Shown: positions 50,386 to 63,330 of the stretch, in pieces
Numbering within the stretch: the stretch's first letter is position 1
How the letters are laid out: each line of letters begins with the position of its first letter
From: Ylistrum balloti
Taxonomy: Eukaryota
Direction: 5' to 3'
Length of the DNA stretch: 64,000 bases
Assembly: GCF_031769215.1 (NCBI RefSeq)
Contig: NW_026781931.1
Coordinates: 434,001 to 498,000, forward strand
The notes under the pieces: model-generated
What the model saw: only the letters and a program-made list of their open reading frames with translations
The model's database searches: none
Told to the model about the DNA's origin: nothing
Program-made: the position numbers and the translations under genes

Positions 50386-51954
50386 TATAATGTCCCCGAG
50401 ATAAAAATTAACACGTTTGCATATCTCACTTAAAATAACGCGACAGGATTTAACAACAACAGCGCTCTTACCATCATATTTATCTTGCTTTTCAACACAC
50501 CAGCAGATGTCATGTTAAGTTTGAAGGTTATTAAAACAGGGTAATACGTGTACGTTTTAAAGTGTTTATCTGTGGAATCAGATATCTTCATCGTCAGCAG
50601 AATCGTGAAAGGTTATATCCTCTAGTCTTTAATCAGGAATTTTCCAATAACTTACACATTTATCATCTCGGATATAAAACTATCATCAGCAGAAGTTAAA
50701 AAGTAACGATTTAGATGTAAGAGCATCTGCATCCGCTTAAGTTTTCATTTGTTGGCACATCGATAACCTTTAAAACATCAACTCGTCACTAACCGTGAAA
50801 ATAGTTATCGACACATCTAGAAAACACTTTCCACTGATATGAAACAAATCATTTAAAATTGATAACTGTTTACACGATATCAATAGGAGCCGTTTACTCA
50901 TCAGTTACCGTTTAAAGCTATGTCCGTAGTATGGAATCGTTTCAGGAAGAAAACGGTATTATACTTTTTATTAATAGATATGGTTAAGAACTATGAAATG
51001 TAATACAACAGGATATAAAATTACAAACAAATTAAAACAAAAAATACTGCAAAAAGTCTGCTTATGTTAACCTTACTCAGACATATATACATTTCGATAA
51101 GTTCAACATCCGGTAGTTTTTACAATTCGAGGTTTGTTTAGTTGGCTGTTACGAGCCATTAAGAACGTACATAACATGCATGAAAGTTATGCATGTAAAG
51201 AATGTGTTGGTGCGTTTGTGAATGAAGGATGGCAGGTGTGGGAGGGGGTATGTCCATCAGCAGGAGTTTAAAGTGGGCAGTAGAGACATGGCTGACAGCA
51301 TCAAATCTTGACCTGAGAATGGTAGTGTGTTGACGTACATTTTGTACATATCGTAATATGATTTGCTCATTTCCAAGTGATAGATGAGGCAGGTTATCAG
51401 AGGCTACATAAACATGTCTTTATTCACCAACTGACAGATTCTGCATTCAAAGATTACGTTATAGAATGGACTCAATTAATATGTTTTTATGTTTAAAACA
51501 CTAAAACGGGGCGACACTATATTTAGCAAGTGTGCCGTCATGTGATCGATAAGCATGTAAGTTCCGTCGCTTGATCTAGAAAGCAATATTCACATGTAAT
51601 TGTGTGTAGGATAGTTTACCAAATGATGTTTGATGTCAGTCCAAGTTCGACTGATCTTATGAAAATAGAAGAACATGTCTGTAAAGAGCGCCATGGCAGG
51701 ATAAATAGTCACGTCCCAACATACGTCATTCTTGTTATCTATCCTCCATATTACATTCATGTCGACAGTAAATACAATCTGATGTTCGATCAATACCTTA
51801 TTTTTACATTTCAAATATTGCTTTAAAATATTATCGTGTTTATTTTATAAAGGGCGCGTTTTTCAGGAATAATTGAATTTTGCCTGCAGACAAATTAAAA
51901 CTTAAGTGGTTTTGCTATTTGGAGGGACAACCCATGAAATGTGGTTTGTTTTAT

Positions 51955-52730
51955 CCAAAAGGTCCCCATGGCCTGATAATGATCTATTTAGTCCAGCGAA
52001 CCATTGGTATACGAAAGCTTCACTACTTTGTCAAAAACCAGCAAAACAATAGTTAACACTATCGAATGATATTATTTTTTCTTGGTGCCCACCATTTTTT
52101 GTCTATATATCAATTAAATGATGGATATTTTCCCTTCTTTTCTCTTCTTCCCCCGGTATTTGGTCTTAATCATATGAAATTTGAAAATTCTTCATAAGAA
52201 AAAGCAATGATAACATTAATCATTAAGTATCAAATCCAAGATGACCGCCGTCAGCCAGTTTTGTTTTTCTAGTCAGTCGCAAAATAAAAAAAGGGTACAA
52301 CTACTTACCACGTGGAAGCTAAGTAAGAAATTTGAAAAAAAAATCAATCTGTTACTTCTCAAGAAACAGTGATAACAAATTTTCATAGTCGGAATCCAAG
52401 ATGGCCACCTTTCAATCATCTATTTACCTCATCAGTCCCAAAATCAGATGGGCACAATGAGGGACCAAGGAGAACCTACAGATAAAACTCGAGAACGATC
52501 CATCCCGTAAATCTCAATAAATAATGATAACAAAGTCTCATAGTTAATATCTAAAATCAATTGAGCACACCTAATGAACAAGGGAGATTTTTTTGAGAGA
52601 GATTTAAGAAAGATCCATCCAATACTTCTCAAAAAATAACGACAGCAAAAATTGTTTACACACGGACGGACGACAGAACACGCACGTGATACGATTTGAA
52701 TCTATTAAGTGATCTTGGCTGTAGATTTTA
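51955..52730 (-). mobile_element. Degenerate Helentron/HINE-like non-autonomous element
   Basis: ggacggacgac microsatellite near one end, internal atccaagatggcc motifs and a degenerate aagaggcccatggcc-like terminus, an arrangement typical of bivalve Helitron-N/HINE repeats. Boundaries approximate. Confidence 0.45.
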
Positions 52731-53832
52731 TTTACTGTATATACGCCACCAGTAAACTCTCCGGTGAATATTGAACGCTATGGTTGAAACGTCCATGGCT
52801 AACAAGTGTTGTCGTTAGATTTCTGTTCAAAAATCGCTGTGTCAGGGCGGCCATTGTGTTGAGCTGACAATGGTTATGATCAACCGACATCTTCACAGGC
52901 GATAAACAGATCAACAGTTATGATATAATCAAATCATTCCAAAAAAAAGTTGTACTGTTGTATGATATTAAACCCAACAGGTCCATACACTGTATACTCT
53001 AATGAATATGGACGTCGTTCCGACTGGAAAGTCAACTTAACCGACAAACATTCAAGTGTTCAAATTATCAGGAAAGATTCGATCCCTATGCAGTGACTAT
53101 AGAACTTTTGTGTGGGGAAGTACAGGTGTGGGGACGGGGAAACACTTTGCTATTTATATCTTTCTTAGATATTTTAGATTCCAGCATTTTAATTTTGTGT
53201 AAGACCTTTAGTTTATTTTTGTACACGAAATCTTCCTTCGATAAAATGGTTTGGTGGCCTAGTTGCGTGGGAGTAAATTCGTGGCTGAAACTGTAATCAA
53301 ACTGTCGGCAGGCGATACAAAAATGGAGGCTTTGGATATAAAAATGATAACAAATTTTAAAATAGAAAAGAATTTTAAAACGCTCCGATAACGAAGCTCG
53401 GTCACGTGATAGTATCTAATGTAAAGTGAAAAGTGAAATTCAACAAAAATCCGGATAATTCGAATAATGAAAGATAAACCGGCATGTTTTTATTTATAGG
53501 TACTTACACATAGAGTTGTTTCATTCAGCTAAAATATTACACTCTTTAAATAACGACATAAGTGTTAGGTATAACGATTCACATGTAAATCTATAAATAT
53601 CTTGGTCATTACAAACACGTTCTCTGCTAATTGATTCGCGAGAGCACGCGATCGTGTTTCCAACCACTTCTGTACGTGTTACAACTAAGTACCAATCTAT
53701 TAGGGTAAATCAGTTAAAGTAGGCACCTGTTCAAAGCTTTTCCAAACTGTGATAGGTGTCAGTGCAACCTAACAATGGTTCCTCTGGACGTACGCAAAAT
53801 AATCGTAAAAGCAAGTGTTGAACATATCTTAC

Positions 53833-54000
53833 CTTTGGTTGAACATTTGAGAAATTCAGCGAAATGTCCTGGCGGCTAGAGTCCTACTGTATATATGATA
53901 TGATTCGGGCAGAGAAGCAGTAAAAAGAAATTCTCCGCACGTCAAATGAACGGTAGCGCACTGATAAGTATTGCCGCGCGGGCTTTGGGGGAGGAAGCTG
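53833..54000 (-). promoter_or_regulatory. Candidate non-coding first exon with GC-rich upstream patch
   Basis: Donor AAG|GTAAGA at 53833/53832; upstream GATA site (ctgataag) and ccgcgcggg/gggggagg CpG patch at ~53955-54000. Confidence 0.3.
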
Positions 54001-55794
54001 GAGGTGTGCCCCTCTAAAACAACATACCTCATAGACAGATGGAGAAGCAGAGATATGTTTCTGACTTAGTAAGCTAACTATTATTGTCTCCCGTACAATT
54101 CCAAGCCGTAATGCACAGTTGAGTTAATATCGATGAGGTTCGTGAAAAAACATTTTAAATATGTTTATATCGATTGTTATCAAAGACAAATTAATTCCGC
54201 CATGTTTGAACATTATCAGTACACAAAGTGTTAGTTGTTAGTGTTTTCTGCCTTCCCACGCCGCGAAACATTAGGAGATAACAGAGTATCAGTGTTCTTG
54301 TGGGGATGCCGAAACGAATGCGACCTTACTAATCATTCCGTGATCCGTACTCAGCGGTGGGCACGGAGGAAACGGATTCGTATTTCGGGATGGTACCAAC
54401 CTTAATCTTCTTGGTCTTAGGTATTTTCAGAAAACATATGTTATCTGGCGAGGATTAACTCGGATCTCCGATTCAAATCAAATGGTGAAATAGCTCCTTT
54501 GTACAGTGTTTCTATATGTAGGTGTTAAATGAACACTGATCTAGGGGGATTCTGAAGCTACACGGATACAAGAATTAATTTAACTTGTGCCGTGGTGATT
54601 TTTGTAACAAAGATAAGTCTTCACCAACGATCGCGATTTTCAGACGATCACTGCATATACACTCCACGTTTCGACAATCAGCATTTATTCAGGTCTAAAA
54701 ACATGCTTTCTTTCATAAACTTGTCTTTTTTCATTTAAAATCTTGTGATGTTAGAACTTAGATATAACATTTACTTGCTATCATATGTCACCTTCAGTTG
54801 CTTCTTACATCATGTTTAATGATATGTTTTTTTATATAACACATCATTCGCTCGAGATTTTAATTATTGAAAATATGAAGCACGCAAAAGAAAAATAGAA
54901 ATTCCGTGATGCTTACCCATCAACAGTCCTAGGTAAAACTTAAATGGACATGGAGTCGATGAGCTATTTTAAGTTATAAAAATATAACAACACGGAAAAC
55001 TTTTCTAAAGTAGTGAAAATCATGAACTTTACACGATTACGGAACTCAAACACCAAATACAATTCAAAGTTTAAAAAACCCCAGAATATTTGAAATTCTC
55101 TACGAAGATCGACCTCGCCCACGAATTTATATACGTCTATGACAAACACGAAGAAAGGTTATAAAAGGCAAATAGAGTTGCTTTTGCTGGACAAGCTCGA
55201 AAGGATGTTACTCTGACTACTAAGCAATCACACATGTGAAAATGAAAGATGAGGTGAATCATGTCTATACTACAAAAATACTTATTGTTGTAACTAGTGT
55301 GATATATTCTTTTTCTGGATTAAAGAAAGGACCAATGAAACGAAGGCGAATTAATATTAAGGTGCACTTGTACCTGTTGTATCGCCGTGCAGTTCCCACC
55401 TGTTGGCGCTATAACGTACATATCAGAGATATATACATGTTAGACAGGTGCGCTCATTACAGAACATGGTTAAGTTTTTAATCTCTGGGATAGGCTTCGC
55501 GAATTTTTTTCGATCAAACGATTGTTAAAATCTTCAGGAATGTTTGATTTCTAAAATCGACGCTTGATGTTTTTGTTTCTTCAAATTGATGACTAAATAA
55601 GGCTATTAAATCGATTTCATGAGCAGAGTATTTTGACATGTGATTTTTGTAAGCATATTATTTTACTTGTCAACTCACCGGGATAACATAGCTAGCATCA
55701 GGAGGTCATTCAAACCAAGCACAACATTGACCGTGATCTGTAGAATATTTCGATATCGTCCTCCCTTGCCCCCTTCAACTATAAGTTTATTTCC

Positions 55795-57705
55795 CCGAGT
55801 CTATACCTTCTCCTCTTACAGCACACCCTCTTTCTCTCGCCCGAATCTATACCTTCTCCTCTTACAACACACCCTCTTTCCCTCGCCCGAGTCTATACCT
55901 TCCCCTCTTATAACACACCCTATTTCCCCCGCAAGAGTCTATACCTTCCCCTCTTACAGCACACCCTCTTTCCCTCGCCCGAATCTATACCTTCCCGTCT
56001 TACAGCACACCCTCTTTCCCTCGCCCGAATCTATACCTTCCCCTCTTACAACACATCCTCTTTCCCTCGCGCGAGTCTATATCTATACCTTCTCCTCTTA
56101 CAACACACCCTCTTTCCCTCGCCCGAATCTATATCTATACCTTCCCCTCTTACAGCACACCCTCTTTCCCTCGCCCGAATCTATACCTTCCCCTCTTACA
56201 GCACACCCTCTTTCCCTCGCCCGAATCTATACCTTCCCCTCTTACAGCACACCCTCTTTCCCTCGCCCGAATCTATACCTTCCCCTCTTACAGCACACCC
56301 TCTTTCCCTCGCCTGAATCTATACCTTCCCCTCTTACAGCACACCCTCTTTCCCTCGCCCGAATCTATACCTTCCCCTCTTACAACACATCCTCTTTCCC
56401 TCGCGCGAGTCTATACCTTCCCCTCTTACAACACACCCTCTTTCCCTCGCCCGAATCTATACCTTCCCCTCTTATAACACACCCTATTTCCCCCGCAAGA
56501 GTCTATACCTTCTCCTCTTACAACACACCCTCTATCCCTCGCGCGAATCTATACCTTCCCCTCTTACAACACACCCTCTTTCCCTCGCCCGAGTCTATAC
56601 CTTCCCCTCTTACAGCACACCCTCTTTCCCTCGCGCGAATCTATACCTTCCCCTCTTACAACACACCCTCTTTCCCTCGTCCGAATCTATACCTTCTCCT
56701 CTTACAACACACCCTCTTTCCCTCGCCCGAATCTATACCTTCCCCTCTTATAACACACCCTATTTCCCCCGCAAGAGTCTATACCTTCTCCTCTTACAAC
56801 ACACCCTCTTTCCCTCGCGCGAATCTATACCTTCCCCTCTTACAACACACCCTCTTTCCCTCGCCCGAATCTATACCTTCCCCTCTTACAACACATCCTC
56901 TTTCCCTCGCCCGAGTCTATACCTTCCCCTCTTACCACACATCCTCTTTCCCTCGCCCGAGTCTATACCTTCTCCTCTTACAACACACCCTCTTTCCCTC
57001 GCCCGAATCTATACCTTCCCCTCTTACAACACATCCTCTTTCCCTCGCGCGAATCTATACCTTCCCCTCTTACAACACACCCTATTTCCCCCGCAAGAGT
57101 CTATACCTTCTCCTCTTATAACACACCCTCTTTCCCTCGCCCGAATCTATACCTTCCCCTCTTATAACACACCCTCTTTCCCTCGCCCGAATCTATACCT
57201 TCTCCTCTTACAACACACCCTATTTCCCCCGCAAGAGTCTATACCTTCTCCTCTTACAACACACCCTCTTTCCCTCGCGCGAATCTATACCTTCCCCTCT
57301 TACAACACACCCTCTTTCCCTCGCCCGAATCTATACCTTCCCCTCTTACAACACATCCTCTTTCCCTCGCCCGAGTCTATACCTTCCCCTCTTACCACAC
57401 ATCCTCTTTCCCTCGCCCGAGTCTATACCTTCTCCTCTTACAACACACCCTCTTTCCCTCGCCCGAATCTATACCTTCCCCTCTTACAACACATCCTCTT
57501 TCCCTCGCGCGAATCTATACCTTCCCCTCTTACAACACACCCTATTTCCCCCGCAAGAGTCTATACCTTCTCCTCTTATAACACACCCTCTTTCCCTCGC
57601 CCGAATCTATACCTTCCCCTCTTATAACACACCCTCTTTCCCTCGCCCGAATCTATACCTTCTCCTCTTACAACACACCCTCTTTCCCTCGCCCGAGTCT
57701 ATCTT
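55795..57705. repeat. 46-bp C/T-rich minisatellite (~41 copies) with a 460-bp higher-order repeat
   Basis: Unit gaatctataccttcccctcttacaacacaccctctttccctcgccc; diagnostic variants recur at 56761/57221 and 57083/57543 (period 460 = 10 units). Source of the 493-aa ORF at 55640-57121. Confidence 0.97.
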
Positions 57706-58049
57706 TCCTATTTATTTCACAACCTCTTCTCCTCCGCCCCTCTACCTTCTCCTTTTCCAGTACAATCCTCCGCCCAACTCTATCTTCCCCTTTTTTATAC
57801 ACCTTATGCCCTCAGTCATAGTCTACCTGCCATTTCCCAAGTACATCCCCTTCCACCTTCCCTTTAAGCACACCCCACACCCCAGTCTACAGTATTCTTT
57901 TTCACTATATCCCTCTGTTACACTATATCTTCCTCTTTTTTGGTATTGCCCCTTTCCTCTGCCCTAGTCTTTCTTTTCCCGAACACTCCACCCAGTCCGC
58001 CCTTATCTACTTTCCCTTTTACCAGTTCACCCCCCACCCCCTCTGCCCC

Positions 58050-58505
58050 AGTCTACCTCCCCCTTTTGGGTACAACCCCTCTCCCCCGCTCTAAAACGTA
58101 GTCTACCTTCCCCTTTAGGGTACAACCCTCTCCCTCCGCTCTGAAATGTAGTTTACGTCCCACTTTTCCGGTACACCATCCCCCTCCGTCCCAGTCTACC
58201 TCCCCCTTTTGGGTACAACCCCTCTCCCCCCGCTCTAAAACGTAGTCTACCTTCCCCTTTAGGGTACAACCCTCTCCCTCCGCTCTGAAATGTAGTTTAC
58301 GTCCCACTTTCCCGGTACACCATCCCCCTCCGTCCCAGTCTACCTTTCCCTTTAGGGTACAACCCTCTCCCTCCGCTCTGAAATGTAGTTTACGTCCCAC
58401 TTTTCCGGTACACTCTCTCCCTCCGCCCCAGTCTACCTTCCCCTTTAGGATAAAAATATCCTCTTTCCCCACTCTAAAATGTAGTTTACATCCCACTTTT
58501 CCGGT
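58050..58505. repeat. C-rich composite repeat (~48-bp subunits, 144-bp higher-order period)
   Basis: agtctacctccccc recurs at 58050 and 58194; the 48-aa periodic ORF at 58053-58496 mirrors it. Confidence 0.85.
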
Positions 58506-60772
58506 ACATATCCCACTGAGCCCCTCTGCGCTGTGTCCTACAAGTACGGCCGTACTCTAATAATCAGTGCCATAAATTCCTCTGAAGTCAGTTTGATGTC
58601 CTCAACTCATCAAATTCAAAGCCTAACGAAGTGTTACTTTACATTTTTTACTGATTGAGAGCTACTTGTCTATCCATAGGCGTGACATAACATTGTAGCT
58701 TCGGTAGATTTTTTATCGAAATATATTAAGTTATGAATATCAATACCATAGTTAAGGATGACAATGCAGATACAATGGAAACCTACAAGAGGCAGGCTAT
58801 AGCGGTAACTGAGATGTGTCCCCCGAGATTTGGGTGAGGAAGAACGCGAGCAGATATCTGATGTTCGTATGCAGATAATTTAATTGATTATTCATTTTTG
58901 TGAAGTGAATCTCGACTTGAACACATTGACAAGGAAACGTGGTGCCGTTGAAACTCAGAAACACCAGCAAACGACATTTGCGGCAATGGGATTCCATTAT
59001 ATCTGTAACGCTGTAAGCTGCTTTATCACGACCCTCGATGTGAAGTCTCCTTGAATTTATCTTTAAAAAGAGACAGTCTTGTGTTTTACAGCCGAAAACT
59101 TTATGCAACATGATTTAATCTGCTTACAGCGAGGAAACGTTTTCTTGAAACTTTCAACTTCTGAAAAGGCTAGTTTGGGAGTCGAAACGGCCTCTTTAAT
59201 TGTTATCACACCTACGTTCTCCAGTACAAGTAAAGACATACCTGGGTTTTGTTCTAGTCGCCGAAACAAATGTGTTCTCTACACGTTCTAGTGTCATGGA
59301 GTGCAAAGCAGTCGCTAGTTCTGTTCACAGAGACCCGGTTCATTCACTCCCTAGAAAAATCCGTAGTCTTAATGTTTAAATACAAATACCAGTTATCTTG
59401 GCCTCATTACGTTTCGCGAAAATGACATATAAGAAAAAAATGTATATTTTTTATGGACCGTAGATATAACTGAACGGTTAAGACTGACAAGTGTCTGTAT
59501 GTATTGTAAGGGTGTAACTTCTCGATGACCATTGTGTACTGTTAATAATGAGGTTGAAGTGAAAGATGTTTCTTGTTCATATTGTCGTCGTAATGAGAAG
59601 CACAAAAATTACACTTCTCCTGTTATACCATAAACATTCGTCTCAATATGGAGCTAATTCATCTTGGATTATAATAGAATATTAAATAAGACAAAGATTT
59701 GTTTTATAAAAATCATTTATTTACAATTATAATTTCAATATATCTAAACACTCACGGTTTACTTCTTGTGGCCTTTGTAACTGTTTATCTGTGGTATGTT
59801 AGAGTAAATAACCAGGTCCCCCACGGGTCAGAGAGGACCTGCAGATTCTGATACCTGGAGGGTACGTCTTTGATGTTTCATAGCCAGGGAAGTGTTAGTG
59901 AAGGGCATGTGAAATATAGACTAAACTACAGGAGGACATAATGAGAAGTGAGAGCAGGAATCTCAGTGTAGACCGTGTTAGACACGCGAGGTCAAGGTTA
60001 TCTGTACAACGATAAACATCTACATGTACAATATGGTCTAGCAGGGTCTTCTTCGTTTATAATAACTTAAATCATTGATGTTTTCCTCAATGTTGATAGT
60101 TTGTGTTGAAATGTTTCCTTCTAACAATAGTTATAATAAAATCTTGGCCTGTGTGTAGGTTGTACACAGGATTCGAGAAGTAAGTATATTATTACCAGCG
60201 CAAACTTTTAAAATGACGCTTCAACATGATAAGGATCGGCTTAGCTCGTTAATAAGTGGAATTGTCAGAATCCCTTTTTTTCAAGTAGTTTACACTTTTC
60301 GCCGAGGGAAAAAGTCATGTGATAAAGTAGAACAAAGAAAAAACGAATTGGCGTGAAGGTGAAGAATGACACTCTCGAACACAATTGGCCACCGTCTTTG
60401 TTTCGATGCTGGCAAAACGAACGCTGATTGGACAATTCAATCTTTGAAATTGCTTTGTGTTTCTACTGTAAAACTTAGGGTAATTAGATAGATTTACTTG
60501 ACGCGGAATATTGATTGGTATTCAGGTTATAAACCTGTTTCTCCACTAGAGCAGGGTAATTACGTTATTGATAGAAGCTAATCAAACGTGTTTGTCGTTT
60601 TATAAACAAAAACAATAAAAACGTGAAAAAATTAAATTAGCTAATAAGATAATGGAAATTATATTTTAAAAAGTTAACATGGAGACTGAATAGTCGGTCC
60701 TCACCAGGGTAGACTACAGATGAACCAAATCAGAGCGATAATAGGTTCTGATTATAGAAGTTGAGAAAACAG

Positions 60773-61121
60773 GTCGCCTTACCATCCTTTGCTAGCTAGA
60801 ATTTCCCTGTAGTTGTAGAATGTCAGGCTAGAGACCGAGGGGTCGCTAGTTCGAACCAAAGCGATTGCAGGAATATTTTTCATTACTCTTTCCAATTACA
60901 GATTTGATGCCGTGACCACTTTAAATGTAGAAGCTAGGAGATTGAGATGCCTCCTTGGAGATATTAAACATGGGCTGGTATTGTCTCTGAGGTTGATTTA
61001 TGTGTGTAGAAGTCGCCTTACTAGTGGGAATTTCCTTTAATCGATTGGCTAGAGACCGAAGAATCACTGGTTCGAGCCCCAGCCATGGCAAGAGTAATTT
61101 TCAGTACTCCTTCCTATTACA
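60773..61121 (+). mobile_element. Two diverged tandem tRNA-derived SINE-like copies
   Basis: Both copies share gtcgcctta...aatttcc...ggctagagaccga...gttcga(a/g)cc...ttcc.attac (60773-60920 and 61012-61121); B-boxes at 60849 and 61069; loop ctAGAga resembles a tRNA-Ser anticodon arm; no complete cloverleaf. Confidence 0.45.
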
Positions 61122-62739
61122 CTAAAATTTTCCGCGGAAATTGCACAATATCCCACGTGACATACAAATAAAATATCATACAACAGTACAGCTGAGTCAT
61201 GTTAGTAATTATTTAAGGTTTAACACTTTTTTACAAACCAACATATTTTCATGTAATGTGCGTTGGTATTTATTTCAAAGGGTTTAAACAGATACTGGAA
61301 ATACGTGCAGGAATTCTAACACTATATACTGGAGAAGTTACAGTACTGCATGTCTGTCTCGCACGTGAAGTTAATTGATATGGCACTTAAAACGCCACGG
61401 CTATAAATGACATTATAAAATATTCCTGTTTACTATTGACTGACGAGAAGTTTAACTGGAGATAGACTTGAATAAAGAAGGACGTGTTGTATATTTAACT
61501 TTTTTATGAGAAATGAGAGTTTATCGCAAACTTAGACCAGGGGACAGAAAGACAATACAGTGAAGGGCCATAGTATTACAGCCAGACAGCCTATTTGTAA
61601 ACACGATTGTAAACCATTTGTGTAGCGATTGTGCCGCTGTTTCCACTACATTCGTAAACAAATAAATCGTGTTATTTTTACTTAGAAAATGAGTAAAGCA
61701 AACCTCGTTTTTGTCGTAATCTTGATGTGTGTGTTGTAGAAACGGTTATCAGATCGCAATGAATGACAATTAACCACAGATTCGACCTTAAGTCAAATTT
61801 CTCTACGTCATATCCGTCTAAAGGTTGATAAAAAGTTCGAAAGAAGATCGAAGTAGATTTATCAATGAAAGAAACAGCAGGAGTGAGAGAGTCTGCTGAA
61901 TATATAAGTTTGTAACCACAGATAGTGTCTGGAATGTGACGTGACGTGGCCTGATAAGTTCATGCCTAGTTAGCTTTCTTGCGGTGTAGCTTTTAGTTGT
62001 CCGAATCTAATTTAAATAATGAGCAAATAGATATCTTATTATTTTCGACACGTTTTCCTTACCGATTGCCTCTTCATATGATTATTTCTGTTGATTCCAG
62101 AAAACAATATTTAATTATTTATAATAGTCATAAAAATGCATAAATCAATGCATTATTGGTTTTTGGGAAAACATTTTTTAAACTCATTTACATTTTTGAA
62201 AACTAACAAGCTCTTGTGTCCGTTTTTGTTTTTTCTGTGTGATGAAGAGACAAGATAGGCTTGGAGTGGATTGGCTGATACCCAAACTTTCTGACTCACT
62301 TCAGTCTCCACAGCATCATCAACCCTGCTGACTTGGCGCCAAATCTTAATCCGTACAAATTGATTTGATGTTACAGGATAAACTTGTAACTTATTGCGAT
62401 GTTTTCATCAATTAGTATAGTATTATCAAGATATCTGGTGTTTTAACGTAAACACGGAACAATGAGTACCCTTACAGTAGGGTAATTACGGTAATGTATT
62501 AATAATGTAGGTAGAACATGTCGTTAACACAGGTTTCCATGGTATGCCATTCATGAGGTATCAAGTATTATGTAAAACTCGGAAACAGAGGACCCAAGTT
62601 TGTCAGAGATAGTATGCCAGCAGTTTATACACAAATGGAAAACAGACGTGTCGGTTCTGTACAGAAAATAACGGGGTTAGTGGATATAAAATGTTAATGC
62701 AACTTAAAATAATTACTAATGCAATGAGCCAAGTTTGTT

Positions 62740-63330
62740 CTGTTATTAAGTCATGTGACCAGAATGGTCAAGATGACCTATTGCTGTCATGTATCGTCCG
62801 GCACCGTGCTCCGTCCACAGTCCGCCGTCCATAAACTTTTCCTTTAAAATACTACCCCTACTTAACACCTGTGCGGATTTCATCCAAGTTGTGGCTAAAA
62901 CATCTAGTGGTGGGTCATTGTTTCTTAAATTCTTATATGATGATATGACCCCTAGGGAGTTAGAGGCGGGGTCCCAAATGGGGAAGTAAGTCAACAATTT
63001 GCTTTAAAATGCTACTCTTCCTCTTCCTTCTTTCGACCCATTTTGTCGTGAGACATCATTGATGATGGAGACTAATCTATTTAATTTAGAGAGTTGATTC
63101 GAGCTCTAGGGACTTTGGGACTGGGCTGCAAATTTGGAAGTTAGTCAATGATTTTGCTTCAATACGATATTCTTTCTTAATGATTGAATGGATTTAAACC
63201 AAATGTGATCTGAAACGTCATCGTGGGAAGTCATCAGATTTGCCAGGCCAACGTCTGCTAATTCTGTTGTTTGTCCATCTATTCATCGATTGTCAGCTGA
63301 CCGTGAAGAGTCACTGTTCTCTTGCTGTCT
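62740..63330 (+). mobile_element. Helentron/HINE-like non-autonomous element
   Basis: 5' inverted motif tgacc-agaat-ggtca, degenerate (cgtc)n tract (cgtccggcaccgtgctccgtccacagtccgccgtcc) followed by ataaacttttcctttaaa, the typical bivalve HINE layout; the 3' boundary is approximate. Confidence 0.6.

Noticed and set aside
55640-57121. 493-aa Pro/Ser/Leu/Tyr-rich ORF
   Set aside because: It is a translation of the 46-bp satellite cycling through frames; no splice or promoter support.
58797-59291. Cluster of three overlapping 68-104 aa ORFs with an acceptor-like site at ~59083
   Set aside because: No recognisable domain, and candidate exon phases do not give a continuous product.
24275-61121. 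tRNA genes at 24275-24340, 60820-60870 and 61040-61090
   Set aside because: B-boxes are present but acceptor and D stems do not pair; treated as SINE remnants.
60040-62450. Short similarity between 60058-60110 and 62385-62430 (TINIEENI vs TILIDENI on the minus strand)
   Set aside because: Only ~30 bp of gapped AT-rich identity; not distinguishable from chance by eye.
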